Of a stretch of DNA of 34,835 nt, positions 7,768 through 16,466 are shown piece after piece. Source of the DNA: Bacteriovoracaceae bacterium. Its GTDB lineage: Bacteria; Bdellovibrionota; Bacteriovoracia; Bacteriovoracales; Bacteriovoracaceae. The notes beneath the pieces were generated by a model. The model ran no database searches, had not been told where the DNA came from, and worked only from the letters and a program-made list of their open reading frames with translations. Location: assembly GCA_018649885.1 (NCBI GenBank), contig JABIHA010000090.1, forward strand, positions 1-34,835, written 5' to 3'. Position 1 is the first letter of the stretch, and each line of letters begins with the position of its first letter. The translations under genes were made by a program, and so were the position numbers.

Positions 7768-10700
7768 TTGAAAAAAGTTGTTGAATTTTTTGCTGAACGT
7801 ACATTCCTAGTAAATCTAATCTGTGCATTCATTTTTATTATTGGCGGCGTTTCTCTTTTTAATATGAAAAGAGCACTGATTCCAGAATTTGAATGGGGCA
7901 GTATTACAATTTCTGCTCGCCTTCCCAATGCTTCGGCCTTTCAAGTTGAAAAATTTGTCACGTACCCAATTGAGGAAAATTTACAAGGCTTAGGCGGAGT
8001 TGATCGCATCACATCTAATACAAGTGCTTCAAGAGTCAGTATCACTATTGAGGTTCAAGATGGTTTTAAAAAAATTGATGATCTTCTTGAAAAGGTAAAA
8101 GACAGGGTTGAGGCAGTTAAGTCAGACCTTCCATCTGAAGTGGAAAATATAAATGTAGAAAAATTTGCTAGAACTTCTGAATGGCTGGCCTCAATAATAT
8201 TAACTCATTTTGATGAAAAAAATGTTGAGCACCAAAAGTTTTACCAAAAAATGAAACGCTCATTTACAAAAATACCTCACGTGATAAAATTTGATACCAA
8301 TATTCGCACCCCTAGATTTTATATCGAATTTTTTCCAAAGAAATTATCCCGCTATCAAATAGGTCTTGAAGAAATTTACAATACCATTGATAAAGAGGCA
8401 GGGCTTGTTTCCATTGGAACCTATAAAAATGGAGATGAAAGGATTTCCCTCGAAATTGAAAATTCTCTTAGCTCAAAGGCTGATCTGGAGCAGATTGTTT
8501 TAAAATCCAACACCAGTGGTGAGAAAATAAGACTTCGTGACCTAGCACTTATTGAATATAGATTGCCTGAACGTTCTCGTATTGGGTTGTTTGGAAAAGA
8601 TGAATCCAATGGGATTTGGCTTTTTAAAGATCTTGAAAGTGATACGATTACTCTCAAAGATGAGCTTATCCTAAAAATTGATGAGTTAAAAAAGCTTGCC
8701 CCTGAGGGAATTGGCATGAATATGCCGGCAAATGGCGCTGAATATATTGAAAGGCAACTGAGTACACTTAAAAATAATGGATCAACTGGGCTTGTTATTG
8801 TTTTGGTGTGCCTTTTTATCTTTTTAGGATTTAAGGCCTCGGTTTTAACATCTTTTAGTTTACCACTCGCATACCTAGGGACCTTTGCTGTTCTTGGGGC
8901 TTTGGGGATGAAAATAGATCTCATTTCTGTCGTTGGGATGATTTTGATCTTGGGAATTTTAGTTGATGACGCAATTATTGTTTCTGAGCAATACATCCAA
9001 CATCTTGAAGAGGGGTTAGCTCCCAAAGATGCTGCAGTTAAGGCCGTGATGAGAACCATTATTCCTGTCACCGGTACTATTATAACAACAGTGGTGGCCT
9101 TCCTCCCTATTTTGTTATCTACAAGTGGTCTATCAAATATCTTGCTGGCCATCCCGATTGTTGTTATATCTGCATTGGCCATTAGCTGGTTTGAATCATT
9201 TTTTATACTGCCAAATCATTTGCAACACTATGTTAAAAAAGATGATCTAAAAAAAGAAACAAAGTATTTTGACAAGGCCAAAGCGGCTTATAAAAAAATA
9301 TTAATGACCTCTTTGAAATTTCGTTATGTACTTTTTCCACTGCTTCTCTTGTTTATGGGCGGAAGTCTATACTTTGCCTATAAAAAAGTTCCCATGAAAT
9401 ATAATCTTAGAATAGGTAGTGAAAAAATCCGAGTGAGCGTGGCCTTAAAAGAGACAAAAGGTCTTGAAGATACGCTTGCTAGTGTGAAGCCACTTCTCTC
9501 TTGGTTAGAGAAGATGGACAAGACAAAATACAGCTACCTCTCTACTAAAATCGGCAATACTTGGATTGGTGGCAAAAGACAGGATGGACATCGTTTTGCG
9601 GACTTGGTAGTGCGATTTTCTCAAACCCATAAAAATCTTAAAGAGGGAAAAGAGTATGTAGAGAAGTATATCGAAGAAGGTCTTAAAAATTTTAAGACTG
9701 ATCGGTTCGAAACTCTCACCATGGCCAAAAGTATAGAAGGCAAAGAAGATGCTAAAGACAATCTTATTGATATTTCCTTTGAAGGGAGAACCAAGAAAAG
9801 CTTCGATGAATTTGTTACTGAATTAAAGTCAACGCTAGCACCGATAGAAGGCCTTAAAGAAGTGATCATTGACCCAGATATTCAAAAAGAGTATTGGAAA
9901 TTTATTCCCAACCGGGAAGCTCTATCTAGGTTTAATCTCTCTCTTCGAAATCTTTCTTCTCAGCTGGCATCAGTGCTTTCTGAGCAAAAAGTATTAGAGA
10001 TTAGAACAAATAACGAAAGCGTAAATGTTATTGGAAAAATTTATCAAGATGAGTTGTCTAAAAATAGAGGAAAGGAAGAGGAATTTAAAAATCTAGGACA
10101 CGTCCCCATTCGCGTAGGTAATGGTCAGACTACTGCTCTCAAAAACTTAGGCTACTGGGTTTCCTATACAGGGTTAAAATCCATTAAACACAAGAACCTT
10201 GAAAACTCATATTCACTTTCAGCTTCCTTTGATAGCGAAAAAATAAAAAAAGAAGCCTTTATTGAAAAACTAAAAGCTGCAGTTGTACCGCTTGGATTAA
10301 ATTATCCTAGGGGAAGCTTTTCAGTTGAAGATGCTGATGAGGAGTCAAAGAAAAATAAAAAAGCGATGGATAAGATGCTTCTTATTTGTTTGGTACTCAT
10401 TTTATTTGTCCTTGCTCTGGTTCTAGGTTCATTAATTCAACCTCTATTAATAGGTATGGCCATACCCTTTGGCGTGATTGGGGTTATATGGGCCTTTTAT
10501 TTTCACGGTCAAACAATAGATGTCATGGCCTTAGTTGGAATTATTGCCATGGCGGGAGTTGTGGTCAATGACTCTTTAATTATGGTTGATCTTGTCAATC
10601 ATCTCAAAAAAGAAAGGCCTAATTTTGGTCGTAGCGATATTGTAGAGGGAGCTTCCAAGCGGCTTCGTGCAATTTTATTAACCTCTATTACAACTCTCGG

Positions 10701-10929
10701 TGGGGTTTTTCCCATGGCCTATGGTATTGGAGGGGATTCTGGTTTTACTAAACCACTGGCCCTCTCAATGGGTTGGGGATTATTATTTGCCACAGTTCTA
10801 ACGCTGTTTATGATTCCATGTCTGCTAGAGATCCAAATGGATCTGCACACCTTTTTAAAGTTCTTAATGAGGTCCGCCAGAAAGCTGCTGGGAAAATTAA
10901 AGCGCCCTAAAAACGTCGCCGCCAACTAA
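7768..10929 (+). CDS. RND family efflux transporter permease (AcrB/AcrD/AcrF family)
   Basis: 1053 aa with PNASAFQVEKFVTYPIEE, GILVDDAIIVSE (TM4), GVVVNDSLIMV and RLRAILLTSITTLGGVFPMA motifs, and two large periplasmic loops. Confidence 0.95.
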   Translation: MKKVVEFFAERTFLVNLICAFIFIIGGVSLFNMKRALIPEFEWGSITISARLPNASAFQVEKFVTYPIEENLQGLGGVDRITSNTSASRVSITIEVQDGFKKIDDLLEKVKDRVEAVKSDLPSEVENINVEKFARTSEWLASIILTHFDEKNVEHQKFYQKMKRSFTKIPHVIKFDTNIRTPRFYIEFFPKKLSRYQIGLEEIYNTIDKEAGLVSIGTYKNGDERISLEIENSLSSKADLEQIVLKSNTSGEKIRLRDLALIEYRLPERSRIGLFGKDESNGIWLFKDLESDTITLKDELILKIDELKKLAPEGIGMNMPANGAEYIERQLSTLKNNGSTGLVIVLVCLFIFLGFKASVLTSFSLPLAYLGTFAVLGALGMKIDLISVVGMILILGILVDDAIIVSEQYIQHLEEGLAPKDAAVKAVMRTIIPVTGTIITTVVAFLPILLSTSGLSNILLAIPIVVISALAISWFESFFILPNHLQHYVKKDDLKKETKYFDKAKAAYKKILMTSLKFRYVLFPLLLLFMGGSLYFAYKKVPMKYNLRIGSEKIRVSVALKETKGLEDTLASVKPLLSWLEKMDKTKYSYLSTKIGNTWIGGKRQDGHRFADLVVRFSQTHKNLKEGKEYVEKYIEEGLKNFKTDRFETLTMAKSIEGKEDAKDNLIDISFEGRTKKSFDEFVTELKSTLAPIEGLKEVIIDPDIQKEYWKFIPNREALSRFNLSLRNLSSQLASVLSEQKVLEIRTNNESVNVIGKIYQDELSKNRGKEEEFKNLGHVPIRVGNGQTTALKNLGYWVSYTGLKSIKHKNLENSYSLSASFDSEKIKKEAFIEKLKAAVVPLGLNYPRGSFSVEDADEESKKNKKAMDKMLLICLVLILFVLALVLGSLIQPLLIGMAIPFGVIGVIWAFYFHGQTIDVMALVGIIAMAGVVVNDSLIMVDLVNHLKKERPNFGRSDIVEGASKRLRAILLTSITTLGGVFPMAYGIGGDSGFTKPLALSMGWGLLFATVLTLFMIPCLLEIQMDLHTFLKFLMRSARKLLGKLKRPKNVAAN

Positions 10930-10995
10930 GGGCCTGTTGCCGTTTCAGATTCCGGCTGCAAAATCCAATATTTCATAAATAAAAAGCATTGTATC

Positions 10996-11023
10996 TCAAG
11001 ATAATGCTTGATCGTTCCGATAG
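10996..11023 (+). promoter_or_regulatory. Putative sigma-28 (FliA) promoter
   Basis: TCAAG-N15-TCCGATAG upstream of the bL12-repeat gene. Confidence 0.4.
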
Positions 11024-11212
11024 ACTACCTAGAGAGATACCATGGGAATGATGAAATATTTTTTACTAACTCTAGTATTCCCTTTGATGTGATGGAAACA
11101 AAAATTGATCAGCATCTGATAAATTCTGGCCTTGCCCTCGAAGAAGAAGTTCAAGGGGAAGACACTAGTGGTGGAAACTCAAAAGACTGAGAATAATAAA
11201 ATGGAGAAGATT

Positions 11213-12022
11213 ATGAAAATGGTTCTAAGTGCTTTAATTGTTTTGCTTGTGAGTTCTCAGGTCATGGCCACATGTGATGACAACGATGTTCTTCTTACAA
11301 GCTATGGTTCTAGTAAACTGAATGTGGTTAAAGCTGTAAAGAGTATTACTTCACTGGGACTAAAAGAAGCTAAAGAGCTTGTGGATACAATTCCTTCAAC
11401 TATTTTAGGTAGTGTTTCTGAAGCAGAGGCAGAGGCAACAGTAGTCTCACTAGAAGCTGCTGGGGGGGAAGCCGAGGTGGTTTCAAATTGCGAGGAAGAA
11501 AGTGAAGGAGAAGAAGAAAGCTCAGAGTCTTCAAGCTTTTCTTGCTCAACATATGCAGTTGTGGTGAATGCAACTTATTCAGACAAGAGTGCTTTGGCGA
11601 CAAGTTTAACAGCACTGCTGGGAGAGTCTGAGAGCAACATTAGTACAATGCTCGACTCCATTCCTGTAGCGGTCAAGTCAGACCTAGATCTTGAGACGGC
11701 AAAAGCTCTTGAGATAAGTTTAGAGTCCTATAGTTTAACTGCTTCACTTGTGGCCCAATGCCAAGATAGCTCAGATGATGATAGTGAAGTGTCGAGCTGT
11801 GAGTTTTATGATGTAAATCTTGATAGCGTTGGTACTAGCAAGTTAAACGTGGTTAAGGCGATCAAGTCTCTTACAGGTCTTGGACTTCGAGAGGCAAAAG
11901 ATATTGCCGATGCTGCTCCATCAGTTGTAGAAGAAGACCTAAGCTACGAAGAGGCGCAGAGTTGGGAATCTGATCTAGAAGATGCTGGAGGCGAAGCCTC
12001 TATCTCAGAGAGTTGTGATTAG
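11213..12022 (+). CDS. Secreted protein with three tandem ribosomal bL12 (L7/L12) C-terminal-like domains
   Basis: GGAG RBS at 11203-11206 and ATG at 11213. Signal peptide MKMVLSALIVLLVSSQVMA. Domains 1 and 3 have DV.L...G.SKLNVVKA(V/I)KS(I/L)T.LGL(K/R)EAK...P.......S..EA......LE.AGGEA. Domain 2 is degenerate. No L12 N-terminal dimerisation domain. Confidence 0.9.
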   Translation: MKMVLSALIVLLVSSQVMATCDDNDVLLTSYGSSKLNVVKAVKSITSLGLKEAKELVDTIPSTILGSVSEAEAEATVVSLEAAGGEAEVVSNCEEESEGEEESSESSSFSCSTYAVVVNATYSDKSALATSLTALLGESESNISTMLDSIPVAVKSDLDLETAKALEISLESYSLTASLVAQCQDSSDDDSEVSSCEFYDVNLDSVGTSKLNVVKAIKSLTGLGLREAKDIADAAPSVVEEDLSYEEAQSWESDLEDAGGEASISESCD

Positions 12023-13191
12023 GGTTTTTTGGTATAATCACCGTATTTGGAGCCAATACTTTTTATTAGCTTGAGGACTGCTTTGTGGATATCTCTTTTA
12101 CGAGTTTTCACTTTGGGGTTCTCAAGGTTATCTATTAAAGATTGAAATTCACTGGCTTCTTTATCAGTGATAAAGTTTTCTTTTTTGAAGGCGATGTATT
12201 TTTTCAATATTCCAGCAAAATTTAATCCATCACGATCAATTTCAATTTTTTGATTTTTATTAAAAGAAAAGTCAGCGCCTCCTCTTTCAGAAATCTGGTA
12301 AGTGTCCACAAGGGAGTAGAGCCTGTTCACAACATTTGCCAGAAATGGGAAGTTAATTTTATCAATGGTGTCATGAGTGGTGTGATAATACCAAGGGGTT
12401 CCCGATGTATAAAATATAAAGGGGATTCCTTTTGCCCTAAAGGAGGAGTAATCTGATCGTGGTATAGTTTTTCCCAGAGGTTCTATTGGGTAAACAGCAT
12501 TACTGATAATTTGAATCCCACTCTTATCAGCAGTTTTTATAAGCTCAGAAAAATCTTCACTCACTCCGCCCGTTAATTCAAGTATGTGGTTTTCGAATCC
12601 TTTAAAAAATTTCCCACCCACAAGATCTAGATTGACATTAAAAAGTATCTTGGGACATCTCTTTAGAAGATGTTTTACTAACTTTGGACTGCCAGCAATA
12701 TAGTTTTCCTCTTGATCTGGAAAAGTTAAATAAATATCTGCAGATAGGGCAGGAGCATTTTTAACTAGAAGCCTTGCTAGCTCGAGAAGGGCCACAACAC
12801 CTGAGCCGTTATCACCCGCACCGGGCTTGAAATTCTTCTTTTTTCTATCTCCATGGTCGTAATGGGCAGAGTACACGATACAAGACTTATGGTCGCCAAC
12901 GCCTTCATACTTTGCCACAATATTGTACACATCTGGCCAATTTCTACCTCTTCCTGGGATATACAGCCGTGGTCTGTCCTGGTTGATATGAATATCACTC
13001 ATGCCAATGGTTTTTAGTTGTGTGGTAATATAATCGCGTGCCAGCTTGTGTCCCGGTGTTCCAGGTGTACGGCCGAAAAGACTCCTCGATGTTAAGTAAG
13101 TCAGATGGTTTTTAAGTTGATCTACGCTGGCCTTTTCAGCAAGGCCCGTAAGAGCATAAAATATTGAGAAGATGATGATGAGTGATTTCAT
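12019..13191 (-). CDS. M28 family (aminopeptidase-like) zinc metallopeptidase, secreted
   Basis: Signal peptide plus SAHYDH, GAGDNGSGVVALLELA, DQEE, NLDLVG, RSDYSSF and YHTTHDT motifs. Confidence 0.9.
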   Translation of the reverse strand: MKSLIIIFSIFYALTGLAEKASVDQLKNHLTYLTSRSLFGRTPGTPGHKLARDYITTQLKTIGMSDIHINQDRPRLYIPGRGRNWPDVYNIVAKYEGVGDHKSCIVYSAHYDHGDRKKKNFKPGAGDNGSGVVALLELARLLVKNAPALSADIYLTFPDQEENYIAGSPKLVKHLLKRCPKILFNVNLDLVGGKFFKGFENHILELTGGVSEDFSELIKTADKSGIQIISNAVYPIEPLGKTIPRSDYSSFRAKGIPFIFYTSGTPWYYHTTHDTIDKINFPFLANVVNRLYSLVDTYQISERGGADFSFNKNQKIEIDRDGLNFAGILKKYIAFKKENFITDKEASEFQSLIDNLENPKVKTRKRDIHKAVLKLIKSIGSKYGDYTKKP

Positions 13192-13192
13192 A

Positions 13193-14065
13193 TTATTTCC
13201 TAGATTTTATTTTTTGAAGTGTAATGATGATAAATGGCATTGCGAGAAGGCCGAGTAGTAGAGAAAACAATGCCGAAATGGTTTCATTTTTTTCCATTTC
13301 TTTTGTGACTCTCAAGTGTGAGGGAGAAATGACAGCTTCTCCTGTGATTTCTGGATCTCTTTCAGCAAAACCGCTGGGCGCGCATCCAATCAGTCCAAAG
13401 AGCTTATCTCTTTTGGGGTATAGATAGGTTGTTCCCTCTATATCATCCCAGCCCAGAGATTCTCTTTTAGTTACCGTTGAATAATACATTAAGTTTTCTT
13501 TTTCGGGACTGTGGCCCAAGCCTATGGCGTGACCAATTTCATGAGCAATAACAGAAATGAAAGCACCATCATCAAGGCTTGCTAGCTGTGAGCCTGTTCT
13601 GTCATTTAAAAGAATAAGAGCTCCTTTGATAGCAGTACCCTCAATATTATTTGTGAGTGTGGCCGCTGCAATTGAAGTGCTTGCAAAATTTACGATATTG
13701 TCATTACAAGCAATAAATATCCCATCACTTACAGTTAAGCCCCCGTTGGGAGTACAAGGGGAATTGATACCACCTTGGCAAAGAGGATCGCTTTCAAAGT
13801 CAGATCCTTTTGAAACCAGTGTTCCTTTTTTGAGCCTAAGGTTGCTGGTGGGGACAGTATTCCAGAACTCGTCAATGGCCTTTTCAAGATAGCCTAGTAT
13901 CTGACTTGTAGATTTACCTGTATTTATACAAGTGGAAGAGGAGGAGAGGTTTATGGAAACTTCTTCAGAATCAAAAGCTGCATCCACATTATTATTTAGT
14001 GTGAAGCTCCACAAATTGAAGCTGACTGTCACAGTCAGGACCAACACGGTCCATGAATAATTCAT
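13193..14065 (-). CDS. Matrixin-family (M10/metzincin) metalloprotease with C-terminal membrane anchor
   Basis: HEIGHAIGLGHS zinc motif, Met-turn NLMY, and a C-terminal hydrophobic helix followed by KIKSRK. Confidence 0.9.
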   Translation of the reverse strand: MNYSWTVLVLTVTVSFNLWSFTLNNNVDAAFDSEEVSINLSSSSTCINTGKSTSQILGYLEKAIDEFWNTVPTSNLRLKKGTLVSKGSDFESDPLCQGGINSPCTPNGGLTVSDGIFIACNDNIVNFASTSIAAATLTNNIEGTAIKGALILLNDRTGSQLASLDDGAFISVIAHEIGHAIGLGHSPEKENLMYYSTVTKRESLGWDDIEGTTYLYPKRDKLFGLIGCAPSGFAERDPEITGEAVISPSHLRVTKEMEKNETISALFSLLLGLLAMPFIIITLQKIKSRK

Positions 14066-14068
14066 GCG

Positions 14069-14833
14069 CTACCTCCACATTTTGCTTGGATCTACATAAT
14101 GCCAATTAAGAGTTAGTGTTAAAGAATATCGAAGGTTGTCTGGTTCAAGGTAATTGAAAAAATCAAGAGTTGATTTAAAAGACCAATTTTGAAAAGGGTA
14201 CCACTGGCTACCTATTCCTGTTGAAAAATTATAGGCAGTAGAGGATTCCTTTGGAAGATAGAATGACTCTGTTGCATTTCCATTTTTTAAAGTGGTTTCT
14301 CCGCCATCTCCAGAGATTCTTGTGAGGTACAGACCTGGAGAGAAGAGGAAATGGAAGGGGCCAATTCCGGTGGTCAGGATTAATGAGAGATCGGCCTTGA
14401 AGTTAAATTCTTTCTTCTTGGTTAAATCCACTGCATTATTTCGCGAGTAGATATAGCTGACGGATGGAGTGAAGGCAAAGTGCTCAGATAAATGAAACAT
14501 ACTTGAAAGAGTAAAGGCGGGATTTAATTCAAGTCCGTTTTGTGTGCCTGAATCATCCACCTGGACCCTTCCCAAAAAGGGGGAGTGGGTGCCAATACCG
14601 AGCCCGATATTGTGCATATAGGGGACAAATTCTTTTTCATATGTGCTTTTGTGTTTTTGATCGAGATCATTGTCTCTTTCTTCCGCTTCGCCACTATGCT
14701 CATCATATGCCCAAGTCTTTTTTGTTTTTGATTGACCATCAGTCACAAGAACCATTAAAAATAGGACACAAAGAGATTTGAGAAAAAAAGTAATGGGCAC
14801 ACTAAATCCTTGTAATTCTTTCAGCATCTTCAC
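14069..14833 (-). CDS. Putative outer-membrane beta-barrel protein
   Basis: N-terminal hydrophobic segment and alternating aromatic/hydrophobic beta-strand pattern (YNFSTGIGSQWYP, YSLTLTLNWHY). First gene of a 3-gene run with 3-bp and 1-bp gaps. The start codon is uncertain. Confidence 0.65.
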   Translation of the reverse strand: MKMLKELQGFSVPITFFLKSLCVLFLMVLVTDGQSKTKKTWAYDEHSGEAEERDNDLDQKHKSTYEKEFVPYMHNIGLGIGTHSPFLGRVQVDDSGTQNGLELNPAFTLSSMFHLSEHFAFTPSVSYIYSRNNAVDLTKKKEFNFKADLSLILTTGIGPFHFLFSPGLYLTRISGDGGETTLKNGNATESFYLPKESSTAYNFSTGIGSQWYPFQNWSFKSTLDFFNYLEPDNLRYSLTLTLNWHYVDPSKMWR

Positions 14834-14959
14834 AAGTGCTGAAACACAAAAATTACTCTAAACCTTTTGTCCGAAGCAATGTCCTATTATAGAATGATGA
14901 TCTCAATTGACCAATAAAAAGAGACAACTTAAATATCTGTTTACATCAAGGGGCCGAAA

Positions 14960-16078
14960 ATGTTTGAAGATTTCACAGTTAAAGACCAACTTATACCAAC
15001 TGACCCACGTTTTGCTTGTGGTCCTTCGAAGGTACCAGTGGAATATCTCGAGCGTTTGGCCGCAACGGGTAAATATTTAATGGGCACTTCACATAGAAAA
15101 AGTGCAGTTAAAAATTTAGTAAAAGAAGTCCAAGAAGGCCTGCTAGAATATTTCGGTGTGGGGGGCACTCACAAAGTTGTTCTGGGTAACGGCGGTGCTA
15201 CGCTACTATTTGATATGATTGGTCTGGGTGTCGTACAAAAAAAATCGATTCACTATACTTGTGGTGAGTTTTCTAGCAAGTGGTTCAAAAGCATTGATTC
15301 CATCCCTTGGCTTGAAGCAGAAAATAGATCCGCCGGGTATGGACAAGGAAATCAGTTCGGCGATAATTCTGGTGCTGATACTGTATGTGTGACTCTGAAT
15401 GAAACATCTACGGGTGTTCAGATGAGCGAGTTGCCCAAAGTAGAAGAAGGTGCACTTCTATGTATGGATGCCACCTCAGGTGCTGGTCAGTGCCCTTGTG
15501 ATGTCTCTAAGGTCGATGTTTTCTTCTTCTCACCTCAAAAGGTTTTTGCTTCTGATGGAGGCCTTTGGGTGGCGATTATGAGTGACAAAGCAATTGAAAG
15601 GGCCCTTAGCATAGCAGGGGACAAGAGTCGCTACGTACCAGGCATTATGGACTGGAATGCGGCCATAACCAATGGAGAAAAAAACCAAACTTATAATACT
15701 CCCGCCATAGCCACATTATTTTTTATGAACGAGCAAATTAAAGAAATGAATAAGCTCGGTTATTCTGAAGTGCAAAAACTTGCTGAAGAAAAAGCGAATT
15801 TTCTCTACAGCTGGGCAAGTGAAAAAGAATATCTCAGTTGTTATGTTGAGAAAGATTCGGTTCGATCCCGCGCCGTGGCTTGTATCGACGTTGATGAAAA
15901 AATTCCCATTTCAGATCTTATTAATGTGCTTCGAAAGAAAAAAATTCTGCAAGGAATTGATGCTTATAGGAAGCTAGGACGCAATCAAATGCGTATTGCC
16001 CTCTTTCACAACGTGACTTTTGAAGACTTAAAAAAACTTACAACTATTGTCTCCTTGGCCATTGAAAGCGAACTGTAA
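14960..16078 (+). CDS. serC: Phosphoserine aminotransferase (actinobacterial/Mycobacterium-type)
   Basis: PTDPRFACGPSKV, GTSHRK, LGNGGAT, NETSTGV, DATSGAG, FSPQK (PLP lysine), NQTYNTPA and YRKLGRNQMRI motifs. Confidence 0.9.
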   Translation: MFEDFTVKDQLIPTDPRFACGPSKVPVEYLERLAATGKYLMGTSHRKSAVKNLVKEVQEGLLEYFGVGGTHKVVLGNGGATLLFDMIGLGVVQKKSIHYTCGEFSSKWFKSIDSIPWLEAENRSAGYGQGNQFGDNSGADTVCVTLNETSTGVQMSELPKVEEGALLCMDATSGAGQCPCDVSKVDVFFFSPQKVFASDGGLWVAIMSDKAIERALSIAGDKSRYVPGIMDWNAAITNGEKNQTYNTPAIATLFFMNEQIKEMNKLGYSEVQKLAEEKANFLYSWASEKEYLSCYVEKDSVRSRAVACIDVDEKIPISDLINVLRKKKILQGIDAYRKLGRNQMRIALFHNVTFEDLKKLTTIVSLAIESEL

Positions 16079-16234
16079 AAATATTTATCCACATTGTCCC
16101 TTTTGATAGCGCCCAAATTGTGAACAGTACGCTCCAGAGCTGAACACAATTATTAAATGACAGACTATTTTAGATAGACAATAAATTCTCAGCCGACATA
16201 GAATGATTCGAATTAATCAACTCAAGGAGGGATT

Positions 16235-16426
16235 ATGGCCAAGGTAATTATGGGCCTCTGTCTTACATTTTGTAGCGCACTCGCGTTTTCAAATGTTATC
16301 ACAGACCACGATCTAAATGCTTTCGACGAATCACAGTCGGTTCAAGAATCACTAGTACAGTACAACAGCGAAATTGAAGATTTACCCGATATCTTAGATA
16401 TCGACGATTCTGAAGATTCATTTTAA
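16235..16426 (+). CDS. Small secreted acidic peptide, first gene of the AAA+ operon
   Basis: AAGGAGG RBS and signal peptide MAKVIMGLCLTFCSALAFS. The mature part is Asp/Glu-rich with no Lys or Arg. Confidence 0.7.
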   Translation: MAKVIMGLCLTFCSALAFSNVITDHDLNAFDESQSVQESLVQYNSEIEDLPDILDIDDSEDSF

Positions 16427-16466
16427 CCAAATTTATTTTTGTGAATAAATATTCTGGGGAGAATAC

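Noticed and set aside
8421..9182. 253-aa antisense ORF in the RND gene and other nested or antisense ORFs in the track
   Set aside because: They are shadow frames of well-supported genes with no independent motifs.
11132..12022. Annotating the bL12-like ORF as rplL
   Set aside because: It has a signal peptide, three CTD copies and no N-terminal dimerisation domain, and there is no rplJ/rpoB context. The TTG start at 11132 is also unlikely given the RBS before 11213.
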